DNA of 64,000 nucleotides, taken from positions 15,318 to 79,317 of IMG/VR virus record IMGVR_UViG_3300043694_000018; one strand, written 5' to 3'. Shown here in pieces: positions 55,334-63,341 of this stretch. Both the position numbers and the translations under genes were made by a program. Numbering within the stretch: position 1 is the first letter of the stretch; each line of letters opens with the position of its first letter. The notes under the pieces are model-generated. The model worked only from the letters and a program-made list of their open reading frames with translations. It was not told where the DNA came from and did no database searches. This DNA comes from a virus (Duplodnaviria; Caudoviricetes).

Positions 55334-55557
55334 GGTGGCGGCTCGTTGGGCGGCGGCTCGTCGCTCTGGACGGCCGCCTGCATGGTCTGCAAGGTCTCCA
55401 CGATGTCGACCGCCAGTTGCTTGGCGTCCTCCGGCGACAGGACGACGACGGCTGACACGCGGTGCATGAGCAGGCTGTAGAAGTGCAGGCTGACGGTGCC
55501 ATCAGCGGCCTCCGTCACTGTGAAGCGGACTCGGTGGCTGTGTTCCATGACGACCAT
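55330..55557 (-). CDS. Hypothetical protein
   Basis: RBS GGAGGAAGG; overlaps the 3' end of the ART-like gene. Confidence 0.45.
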   Translation of the reverse strand: MVVMEHSHRVRFTVTEAADGTVSLHFYSLLMHRVSAVVVLSPEDAKQLAVDIVETLQTMQAAVQSDEPPPNEPPP

Positions 55558-56287
55558 CCTTCCTCCGTTGCTTCTCGCAGTGCTTGAGGATGCCCGGCAG
55601 ACCGGCCTTCCAGCCGTCAATCGGGCGGTAGAACACCCGGTAGTCGTTCTCGAACGGGCTCGGCGTCCGCTCCAGCTTCTCCATGTACGTGTCGCTGATC
55701 CCGCTCTTGCCCTTCTCGCGGGCGACGGCGGTCTCGCCCTCGAACGGCCACGCCGTGAGCGCGCGGTAGTACGGGCCGAGCAGGCTGTAGTTGGCCCGCG
55801 TGATCGTCGGGTCGCTCATCCAACTCAGGGCGGACTGCCGCTTGATCAGCGCGATGGCGTCGATGGCGTCGGGCATGATCGGCCCGTTGTGCGAGCAGTT
55901 GCCGAGGTAGTCGAGGCTGGCCTCCCACTTGCGCGCCTCGGGGATGATCTCCCAGAGGTCGCGGTAGTGCGCCGTGCGCTCGAACAGCGTCGGCATGTGC
56001 GCCGTGTCCTTGTACCTGTTCGCGCTTTCGAGCGCGTCCTCGTCGGCGAACAGCCGGGCGGGGTCAAGGTCCTCGACCGCGATCCTGAAGATCGCCATCT
56101 GGTAGCCGGGCTGCACGGCCTGCCGCGCGAAGAAGCTGGCGTAGGCCTGCGTCAGGTAGACGTGGTCCGCTCTGGACGGATGAGCCTCCCAGAGCGAGGG
56201 CTTCTTGCCGCGCGGATGGAGCCCGCGCTTCAGCACGGCTCGCGCATGGCGCGAGCAGGTGCCGTGATAGAGGTACGGAACGGTCAT
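55502..56287 (-). CDS. ADP-ribosyltransferase-like protein (H-x-Y type), probably leaderless
   Basis: LYHGT..AVLKRGLHP..HVYLT..A..FA..IFRI..DED. Confidence 0.6.
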   Translation of the reverse strand: MTVPYLYHGTCSRHARAVLKRGLHPRGKKPSLWEAHPSRADHVYLTQAYASFFARQAVQPGYQMAIFRIAVEDLDPARLFADEDALESANRYKDTAHMPTLFERTAHYRDLWEIIPEARKWEASLDYLGNCSHNGPIMPDAIDAIALIKRQSALSWMSDPTITRANYSLLGPYYRALTAWPFEGETAVAREKGKSGISDTYMEKLERTPSPFENDYRVFYRPIDGWKAGLPGILKHCEKQRRKDGRHGTQPPSPLHSDGGR

Positions 56288-56322
56288 GCCCTGAAATGTA
56301 GGGCATGGAAAGAATTTTGCAA
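56288..56322 (-). promoter_or_regulatory. Promoter with operator (9-nt spacer variant) around -10
   Basis: TTGCAA-16-TACATT-TCAGGGC-ATG. Confidence 0.65.
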
Positions 56323-56324
56323 GT

Positions 56325-56783
56325 CTATTCGAGGATCGGCGTCCGGCCCTTCGGCGCGGATGGCCGCACGTCGCCTGTGACATGGTGCGGCCTCGGCCCC
56401 TTGCCGGTGCGGCTGCCGCTGTGCTTGCGCGCCGGGCGATAACCGAGCTTCTGCGATGCGGTCGGTGCGCGCAGGATGAAGTCGCCGACCTCCATGCGGC
56501 CACCCCGGTCGAGCGCGATCAGTTCGCGCGCCAGCCGGGACGGTGTGGTGTAGCGCAGCCACGAGCCGTTCGGCTGCTTGACGAGGATGCGGCTGAGGTA
56601 GACGCGGGTCTCGCGAGAGTGCAGGTCACGGCAGATCGCCAGCGCCGCCGCGCAGTGGTCATTCGACTTGCGCTCGGCCTTGGTGATGTCGGTCTGCTTG
56701 ATGGTGAAGATGGCGTTGGTGCGCGCGTCGAACATCGGCGCACCCTCGAAGGTAGACTGTCGTCGCGGTGTCGGTCGCTTCAT
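56325..56783 (-). CDS. Hypothetical early protein
   Basis: CCAACACAGGAAGG leader; HCAAALA. Confidence 0.6.
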   Translation of the reverse strand: MKRPTPRRQSTFEGAPMFDARTNAIFTIKQTDITKAERKSNDHCAAALAICRDLHSRETRVYLSRILVKQPNGSWLRYTTPSRLARELIALDRGGRMEVGDFILRAPTASQKLGYRPARKHSGSRTGKGPRPHHVTGDVRPSAPKGRTPILE

Positions 56784-56965
56784 GATTCACCTTCCTGTGT
56801 TGGTGACGGTTGAACATCGATGGTGGGCGGATGGAACTCGACCGCCTTGAGCGTGCTCGGGTTCGTGCTGGTGTCGAACTCGAAGCGCTTGACGCGCGGG
56901 CAGCACATCCAGCTATGCGTCGTGGCGTTGCAGTACGGGCAACGCGGCTGCGGCGGCACAGTCAT
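56780..56965 (-). CDS. Small zinc-finger protein
   Basis: CPYC..H..CCPRVK. Confidence 0.55.
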   Translation of the reverse strand: MTVPPQPRCPYCNATTHSWMCCPRVKRFEFDTSTNPSTLKAVEFHPPTIDVQPSPTQEGES

Positions 56966-57339
56966 GTGCTGCCGATCAGCGGTGAATCGGGCTCGCCGAC
57001 CATCCGCTTGGTGTTGAACAGGCCGGAGTGCATCGGGTACTTGTGCTTCCAGTAGCGGGCGTAGAAGGCGAAGTGCATGTTGCTGATCTTGAAGTCGCCA
57101 TCGCCTGCAACCACCCGCGTCGTCTTGATGAAGACCTCCCAGCGCACGCGGTTCAGGATCAGCCAGTGGCTGATCTTCTTCTTGTCCGCGTTGATCGCCT
57201 CGAAGGCGAAGATCACGAAGTATTCCCAGACCTCGGGGTTCTCCTGATGCCAGCGCCACCACTCGGCCTTGCGGCGCAGCCACTGGGCGTAGAGAGGATC
57301 GCCGCCGGGATCGGGTGGGCCGGTGAACGTGTCCATCAC
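56962..57339 (-). CDS. Conserved phage hypothetical protein
   Basis: FKISNMHFAFYAR motif. Confidence 0.6.
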   Translation of the reverse strand: MMDTFTGPPDPGGDPLYAQWLRRKAEWWRWHQENPEVWEYFVIFAFEAINADKKKISHWLILNRVRWEVFIKTTRVVAGDGDFKISNMHFAFYARYWKHKYPMHSGLFNTKRMVGEPDSPLIGST

Positions 57340-58043
57340 GGCTCGCTGTGCTCGGCCTTGTCGTTGCTGGCAATCGAGATCGTGCTGCCGTCCGGCTTGG
57401 TCAGCGTCGTGCGGTGCATGTACTGGTCGTCGGTGAGTTCGGTCGCCAGTTCGTAGCCCAACTGGTGCGCGATCTCGTTCAGCGTGTGCGGCTCCCTGAT
57501 CTTGTCGGTGCCGGGCACGGTCTCGTACCAGTCGGCCCCGGTCATGCTGGGCGGCACGAGGAAGATCGCCTTGCGACTGTCGTAGCGGATCAGCGCCGCC
57601 GTCCGCTGACGCTCCAGATAGCGGCGGAAGGCCGGGTCGCGATGGGCGTCGGGGTACTTGGGGTCGATCCAGACTTGGATCACCGGCACGTTGATGGTGT
57701 CGGTCATGCCGCTGGCGCGGCCCTCGGCGTTCGGCTCCATCTCGACAAAGTCGGGCATGATGTCGACCACGAGGTGGCTGCGATCCGGGCGCGGCTGGTC
57801 GCCCATGTCGTCATTGACCAGCCAGCGGCAGTTCCAGACGCGGCACGAGTACGGCATCTTGTCGGTGCCGTGGACCTTGCAGCCGACGCCGTACTTCTGG
57901 TGCTGGCAGCGCACGCCTGCGGCCTTTCGGAAAGTACCCGGCATGTCGAACTCGCTGCCGGTCTCGGCGACGCGCACGGTCTGACCGTCGCTCACCGGCA
58001 ACAGCACGCAGCAAAGCTGGCAGTCTCCACAACGGCGCTTCAT
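57336..58043 (-). CDS. CxxCxxCC (YkgJ-like) metal-binding protein
   Basis: RRCGDCQLCC..RCQH..CKVH..P.SCR.W.C.W. Confidence 0.65.
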   Translation of the reverse strand: MKRRCGDCQLCCVLLPVSDGQTVRVAETGSEFDMPGTFRKAAGVRCQHQKYGVGCKVHGTDKMPYSCRVWNCRWLVNDDMGDQPRPDRSHLVVDIMPDFVEMEPNAEGRASGMTDTINVPVIQVWIDPKYPDAHRDPAFRRYLERQRTAALIRYDSRKAIFLVPPSMTGADWYETVPGTDKIREPHTLNEIAHQLGYELATELTDDQYMHRTTLTKPDGSTISIASNDKAEHSEP

Positions 58044-58237
58044 GATCGCTTCGCCTTCTTGCCGCGCGGCTTGGCAACCGGCGGCTTGGGCCAGACGATC
58101 CTGACCGCGTCGGCGGTGATGTCGTAGGCGCGGCGACAGGCGAAGCGGCGGTTCCGCTTCAGATGGTGCTGGCGGATCATCTCGACCAGTTCCCAGACCT
58201 CGTCTTGTCGGCGCTGCGGCCCGGTGCGGTAGTTCAT
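58040..58237 (-). CDS. Small basic protein
   Basis: Coupled ORF. Confidence 0.45.
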   Translation of the reverse strand: MNYRTGPQRRQDEVWELVEMIRQHHLKRNRRFACRRAYDITADAVRIVWPKPPVAKPRGKKAKRS

Positions 58238-59073
58238 CGCCTGAACCGTGCAGCCCAGCGGACGAGCGCTGCCTGCACCTCCTGATCGTCACTGGCATGA
58301 TCGGCCAGCCGTCGATCCGGCATGTACGGCCGGAGCGCGCGGCGCAGCAGCGTGCGCACGGTGTCGGGCTCCATCGCGTCGATCTCGACCGCCTCATCGA
58401 CCTCGAAGCCCTTGCGCTTGTCGCTCGCCTTGGGCGGGCGCGTCAACAGGCCGTAGGTCGCGATGTGCTCGGGCAACACGGCGACGCGCTTGAACTCGAT
58501 GGGCACGTTGACCACCAGTTCGCGCAGCTTGCGCTCAGCGGCGTGAACCATCTGGAGCCCGGAACTGTCGTGGTCGCCGACTTGCAGCACCACGGTCTGC
58601 TTGCGCCCGGCGCGGATACGCTTGGCGGCGCGCCACAGGAAGCTGTGGCCGCTGTAGCCCATGGTCGGGAACAGCGGCACGCCCCACGGATACGTCACCG
58701 AGCGCAGCACTGGCCCCATGCCGACCTTCTCCGAGAAGACCAGCACCAGCTTCTTGGCGTTGCGCCATGGATCGGAGCGGTACTGCGGGATCACACTGTC
58801 GAGGAAGTGCTGCGGGTCTTCCCACATCGGCGGTTCATCGATGTCGCGGCTTTCATCGATGATCTTGTCGCGGCTGACGCGGCCCTCGTCGCGCAAGGCA
58901 ACCAGTGCCTTCTGCACGCGCTCGTACTCCTGCTCGGTCTTGTCGATGACGCGCTGACCGACCAGCAGGTAGAAGATGCGGCGAACCGTCAGGTCCTCTT
59001 TGGATGCCTCGACGGTGGCGACGATGTCGTCGTAGAACTGGGCCATCTCGGCCTTGGTGCTTCGCTTGCTCAT
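58234..59073 (-). CDS. Winged-helix + TOPRIM protein (Topo VI-A/Spo11/JetD-like); start uncertain
   Basis: LTVRRIFYLLV..; VFSEK; GDHDSSG; FKRVAV..; VEIDAM. Confidence 0.75.
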   Translation of the reverse strand: MSKRSTKAEMAQFYDDIVATVEASKEDLTVRRIFYLLVGQRVIDKTEQEYERVQKALVALRDEGRVSRDKIIDESRDIDEPPMWEDPQHFLDSVIPQYRSDPWRNAKKLVLVFSEKVGMGPVLRSVTYPWGVPLFPTMGYSGHSFLWRAAKRIRAGRKQTVVLQVGDHDSSGLQMVHAAERKLRELVVNVPIEFKRVAVLPEHIATYGLLTRPPKASDKRKGFEVDEAVEIDAMEPDTVRTLLRRALRPYMPDRRLADHASDDQEVQAALVRWAARFRR

Positions 59074-59121
59074 GGACCGCCACATAAGCGGCCCGCCTCC
59101 CATAGTCAACCACATGCCCTC

Positions 59122-59153
59122 AAAAAAGGGCGGCAGCCGTGAAACTGCCGCCC
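59122..59153 (-). terminator. Rho-independent terminator overlapping an operator (59116-59131)
   Basis: Minus strand GGGCGGCAG-loop-CTGCCGCCC-TTTTTT. Confidence 0.75.
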
Positions 59154-59166
59154 CCTCTTGCATGTT

Positions 59167-60108
59167 CTACTCGACCAGTTCGTGCAGCTTCTTGGAGATG
59201 TCGGACTTGATCGCACTGATCTGGCGCGCCTGACGGAAGGCGTTCCACGCGAAGGCACAGCCCTGATAGAACTCCGCGCCCTTCACGTCGTACTCGTCTT
59301 CCTTGTCCTCGTGGATGGACTTGAGCCACGTGTCGAGCAAGGTGCTCGGCGCGCGGTCGTTGTAGTCGTCACCACCACGTGCGACCTCGTGCCAGAAGCC
59401 TTCGGCCGCCGACTGGTTCTTCTGGTAGGTGCCATAGATCGCCGCGACGATGGGCGTCTTCTTCAGTTCCGGCGTCTTGCTCGACAGTACCGTGTCGAGC
59501 CAGATGATGAACTTGCGCGCGCCCGCGTCCTTGAAGATCGCGTAACGGTCATCACCCGTCGCCACGGGCAGGCGTTCGAGGAACTTCTCGTACCACGCGA
59601 TGCCCTCGGCTGCGGTCTTGGCGGTGTCGCGGTTGACCTCGGCCAGATCAGGATACAGACCCTGATATGCCCCCGACACGTCGGCGGGCGAGCGGCTGGA
59701 GATGCGATCATCGAACTGGCGGAACAACAGCGCCATGTCCTCCGGGGTGTCCACCTCGTACTCGGTGTAGAACACCATACCGTTCTCGGGGAACAGCACG
59801 TCTTCCAAGCCCATGAGCATGCCGCCGGAGTGCTGGCCGTTCATGCGGTACTTGGTGCCCTTGAGGATGGCAACGCTCCAGTTGAACGGCACGAGCAGCC
59901 CGCGTTCGGCCTTGCCGCGCAGGTGCTTCATGCGGTTCGGATCGTTGACGCGCTCGGTCGGCGAGGGCGTCATCGTGCGGAACTCCTCGGTGAACTCGCG
60001 CGTCAGAGGCCGCACCTCGGCCTTGGCGAGGCGGAAGCCGACCTTGGGTGGCGGGGCCACGTAGGGTTCTGTCACGGTCTCAGCAGTATCAACAACAGTA
60101 TCGGGCAT
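59167..60108 (-). CDS. ParB/DndB-like N-terminal domain protein
   Basis: RMNGQHS (DGQHR-like) and FRQFDD..SRSPAD. Confidence 0.5.
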   Translation of the reverse strand: MPDTVVDTAETVTEPYVAPPPKVGFRLAKAEVRPLTREFTEEFRTMTPSPTERVNDPNRMKHLRGKAERGLLVPFNWSVAILKGTKYRMNGQHSGGMLMGLEDVLFPENGMVFYTEYEVDTPEDMALLFRQFDDRISSRSPADVSGAYQGLYPDLAEVNRDTAKTAAEGIAWYEKFLERLPVATGDDRYAIFKDAGARKFIIWLDTVLSSKTPELKKTPIVAAIYGTYQKNQSAAEGFWHEVARGGDDYNDRAPSTLLDTWLKSIHEDKEDEYDVKGAEFYQGCAFAWNAFRQARQISAIKSDISKKLHELVE

Positions 60109-60170
60109 GGCCGATCATCCATGGGAGCCAATGAAACGAAGCCGGTGAGCGAGGTCCCTGTTCGCTGCGG

Positions 60171-60977
60171 CTACTCTGCCCATTCCTTCAGGTAGCGCTC
60201 GAAAAGGCCGAGATGCTTCAGCACGATTGGCGGGGACCAATGTGCCATGTGATCGTTGGCCTGTTCTTTGAGCGCTTTGAGGATAGGCATGAGTTTCTCG
60301 GTCAACTCATGGACAGTGACCGTTTTGTCTGCCGGGAACAGACGCCAATGGCGCTTCGTCCCAACCTTCTTGCTCTCGACCTTGAGCCCGAACAGGCCTT
60401 GGTCCTGAGCGTTCTGGAGAGTGTCGCTGACGTGCTGCACGTCCTCGACCTCGATCTCGGCGGCGATCTTCTCGGCCGGACGCCATTTGCCATCGATGAT
60501 GCCGCTTTCAAGGATGTCCTTCTTGAGCGACGGCCGCTTCGGCTTCGGCGCATCCGGGTCGGGCGGCGCGGTCAGCTTGCGGTAGACCTCCTTGAAGCGG
60601 TCGCGCTCGTCGCCCTTCTTGGTGCGTTCCCAAACCCCCCGGAATTTGCGCTCGGTCAGGTCAGCCGGAAGTGGGGGCGAATCTGGATTTATGCCCATGG
60701 GCATAAAATGAAGAAACCGCCCGAAAGTGAGTCGCCGCGCTACCCACGACTGGCTCTTGCCTTCCTTCTCGGCCAGCTTCTCCTGCGGCCAGCCGGTGCG
60801 CAGGAACAGTTGCGCCCACGCCTGATCGCGCTTCGCCAGAACTTCCTTGTCGGCCGCATCGGGGCCGCCGTACAGGCGCTCCAGTTCGGCGCGCTGGCGG
60901 TCGTACTCCATCTCGCTCATCGTCTGATTGCTGACGAGCGGTGGTGGGAGTTCGGGCTGGTCGAACATATCGGGCAT
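60171..60977 (-). CDS. HTH DNA-binding protein (ParB/KorB-type helix)
   Basis: GWPQEKLAEKEGKSQSWVARRL. Confidence 0.65.
   Translation of the reverse strand: MPDMFDQPELPPPLVSNQTMSEMEYDRQRAELERLYGGPDAADKEVLAKRDQAWAQLFLRTGWPQEKLAEKEGKSQSWVARRLTFGRFLHFMPMGINPDSPPLPADLTERKFRGVWERTKKGDERDRFKEVYRKLTAPPDPDAPKPKRPSLKKDILESGIIDGKWRPAEKIAAEIEVEDVQHVSDTLQNAQDQGLFGLKVESKKVGTKRHWRLFPADKTVTVHELTEKLMPILKALKEQANDHMAHWSPPIVLKHLGLFERYLKEWAE
60678..60730 (+). repeat. 53-bp exact direct repeat, copy 2 (inside the HTH gene)
   Basis: Identical to 8291-8343. Confidence 0.95.
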
Positions 60978-60984
60978 TGATCGC

Positions 60985-61040
60985 GGACTAGCATGTGGTC
61001 AAAAATGTTGCAAGCGGCATTACTGCCCCAATTTGCGGGC
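60985..61040 (-). promoter_or_regulatory. Leftward promoter plus operator
   Basis: TTGCAA-17-(TGc)TAGTCC, 7 nt to ATG; operator GCCCCAATTTGCGGGC at 61025. Confidence 0.55.
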
Positions 61041-61303
61041 ATATGTCGGACGGGCCGCTGCACCCGGCGGGGGATTCCGCCGGGCCAGCCTGCCGTCCAG
61101 AGTTCCGTCTTACTCACCAATGCACCGCCCGAAGACGATGTGCGGCCGAGTTTGACCATGGCCGACCCCCTTAGAACGCGTTCTGGGCTAGGGTCGGCGT
61201 AGGCAGAAGCGGATTGGTGCAAAGTCCACTGGCGCTCCGAGCGTAGTATCTGCCAATGGGGAGGACGCCGCACAGCCCACGTTTCATGGGCTCGATATGA
61301 ACC

Positions 61304-61338
61304 TTGCGAAAGTTTTTTGCAAGCCCTATCTTGCGGGC
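61304..61338 (+). promoter_or_regulatory. Rightward promoter with operator around -10
   Basis: TTGCGA-17-TATCTT-GCGGGC-ATG. Confidence 0.75.
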
Positions 61339-61548
61339 ATGACCAAACACGAACTCATCGCCTACGCCACGCGACTCGGCTTCTCGCTCGGCTTCAACTC
61401 GGATGGCACGGTCGACGTGTCGAACCGCTCCGGCACCTGCGTCATCCGTGGCCAGACCTTCGCCGAGGTCGAGGAAGGCCTGCGCGGCATCGACAATCCC
61501 ATGCTGCGTGACGCCTTGCAAAAACCTTTCGTTGGCCCTAAATCGTGA
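61339..61548 (+). CDS. Hypothetical protein, probably leaderless
   Basis: ATG 6 nt after the -10 box. Confidence 0.55.
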   Translation: MTKHELIAYATRLGFSLGFNSDGTVDVSNRSGTCVIRGQTFAEVEEGLRGIDNPMLRDALQKPFVGPKS

Positions 61549-61943
61549 CCATGACCCTCAGACAGATCGTGCGTGCGCTCGGCGGTCCTTACCGTGCCAG
61601 CGTCGCCTACAACACCATGGCCGACGAGGCCAACAAGAAGCTGCGTGCCGACACCGGCCTTGCCGGTGATGCACTGCGGGCGCATCCTCTCTACCTCGAC
61701 GCGCTCAGCCGTCCCCGGCTCGACTACTGGCTCAAGGTCAACGCCCCGCGTTGGGCAGGCCCGTATATCGGTCGGCTCGCTGAGCTTGCAGCACAGCGGG
61801 AGAGGGAAGATGGCCAAGCGCAAAAAGCCGACAAGGGGTCGCCGGGCGACCGATCACGCCGACTTCACAGGGTCGACGGCCAATCGACGCGCAGTCGAGC
61901 GGCTGGCCGCGAGCGGCGAGCGCAAGACCAAGCGACGGCGTAA
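61545..61943 (+). CDS. Cro-like small DNA-binding protein (tentative)
   Basis: LRQIVRALGG..; long 3' overlap with the next gene. Confidence 0.35.
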   Translation: MTMTLRQIVRALGGPYRASVAYNTMADEANKKLRADTGLAGDALRAHPLYLDALSRPRLDYWLKVNAPRWAGPYIGRLAELAAQREREDGQAQKADKGSPGDRSRRLHRVDGQSTRSRAAGRERRAQDQATA

Positions 61944-62475
61944 AGGCGAGGGAAATGGGTCGCTCGGGCTGGATGGCGGCAACGTCGGCGGCCCGAGCGA
62001 CGAGTGCATCCACCGCCACGTGCGCGACATCCGGGGCCAGCAGGCCCGGCTGAAGTCGGCGCTGAAGAAGGCCAGCGACGAGCGCAAGACGCTCAACGCC
62101 TACTACAAGTCGGCCGAGGGCGACGGCATGGATACCGCCGCGCTCAAGAAGGCCTTCAAGGATTCCGACCGGCCGATGGGCGAGGTCGTCGCCGAGCGCC
62201 GCAACATCGCCCGCTACGAGAAGATCATGGGCGGCCCGGTCGGCACCCAGTGGTCGCTGCTCGACGGCGACAACGCCATCGCGCTCGACGCCTACGCGCA
62301 GGGCGAGCACGCTGGCCTGAACGGCGAGCCACGCGACAACTGCCCGTTCCTGCCCGGCTCCGAGGACTACAATCGCTACATGGCGGGCTGGCAGGCCGGT
62401 CAGATGCGGCTCGGCAAGGAGAAGTTCGGCGCTGGGCCGGGCGACGAGATTCCTCCGGCCCCGCCTGAAGCGTGA
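61810..62475 (+). CDS. GapR/DUF2312-like coiled coil fused to an RMF-like C-terminal domain
   Basis: K.LNAYYKSAEGDGMD.AALK; AYAQGEHAGLNGEPRDNCPF..GWQAG. Confidence 0.6.
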   Translation: MAKRKKPTRGRRATDHADFTGSTANRRAVERLAASGERKTKRRRKGEGNGSLGLDGGNVGGPSDECIHRHVRDIRGQQARLKSALKKASDERKTLNAYYKSAEGDGMDTAALKKAFKDSDRPMGEVVAERRNIARYEKIMGGPVGTQWSLLDGDNAIALDAYAQGEHAGLNGEPRDNCPFLPGSEDYNRYMAGWQAGQMRLGKEKFGAGPGDEIPPAPPEA

Positions 62476-63005
62476 GGTTGCTCGCGCTCGACATCGGTGG
62501 CCAGACCGGCTGGTGCCTGATGGAGCGGCACGTGACGCCGCGCTTCGGCACCATCGATCTCGACGGCACCAAGACGTTGTTCGGCAAGCTCGGCCTGTTC
62601 AACGACCGGCTCGACACGATGTTCTCGACCGAGAAGTTCGACGGCATGGCGTGGGAGCAACCGCTGCAAATGCCGTGGGACAAGATCGACCAGCTTCGGC
62701 TGCTGTATGGGCTCAACGCGCTCGCGATGAGGTTCGCATGGTCACACGATCTGCCATGGCGCGAGGTCACGGTGTCCGAGGCAAAGGCCACCATCAAGGG
62801 CGACCGCGAGGTGCCGCACGGCCTGCCCAAGCACAAGGCGCGCGCCATGGGCAAGGCGATCATGATGGCGGGCGCAAAGGACATGGGCTGGCCGGTCAAG
62901 AACCACGACGAGGCGGACGCGGGCGCGGTGGGGCTGGCCGCCTACAGCGTCATCTGGCCAAGGTCGTCCGAGACAGCGTCGACCGCTACACGTGGGACGG
63001 CATAG
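62472..63005 (+). CDS. RuvC-like Holliday junction resolvase
   Basis: LLALDIG..TGW..WEQP..NHDEADA. Confidence 0.75.
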   Translation: MRLLALDIGGQTGWCLMERHVTPRFGTIDLDGTKTLFGKLGLFNDRLDTMFSTEKFDGMAWEQPLQMPWDKIDQLRLLYGLNALAMRFAWSHDLPWREVTVSEAKATIKGDREVPHGLPKHKARAMGKAIMMAGAKDMGWPVKNHDEADAGAVGLAAYSVIWPRSSETASTATRGTA

Positions 63006-63099
63006 CGGTGCTCGCCAAGAAGACCAACAAGACCGTCGAGCAGACGATCATCGACGCGCTCTATTCGTACTTCCACATACTGGTGGGGCCTGACATGCG

Positions 63100-63300
63100 A
63101 TGACCGACCAAGAGCACATCGAGCGGCTAGAGAAGGTGCTGCGGCTCGGGCAGGAGATGCGCAAGGCGCAGACCCAGTATTTTCGCCATCGCACTGAAGA
63201 CTTGTTGCTCCGCTCGAAGGAACTGGAGCGCCTGTTCGACTTCGAGTGCGTGGAGGCGCTGGACGAGCCCTCAATTCCGGGCTTGCGGCCCGAGCCATGA
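63100..63300 (+). CDS. Hypothetical protein
   Basis: MR.AQ..YFR..L..SKELE..FD motif. Confidence 0.55.
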   Translation: MTDQEHIERLEKVLRLGQEMRKAQTQYFRHRTEDLLLRSKELERLFDFECVEALDEPSIPGLRPEP

Positions 63301-63341
63301 TTGGTCACAACCCCGGTACTTGGATGCCCTGAAATCCGGGC
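63267..63341. promoter_or_regulatory. Operator pair
   Basis: GCCCTCAATTCCGGGC (63267) and GCCCTGAAATCCGGGC (63326). Confidence 0.6.

Noticed and set aside
8291-60730. 53-bp repeats as attL/attR prophage ends
   Set aside because: Both flanks are phage genes, excision would remove the tail and early modules, one copy lies in an intact CDS, and no integrase is visible.
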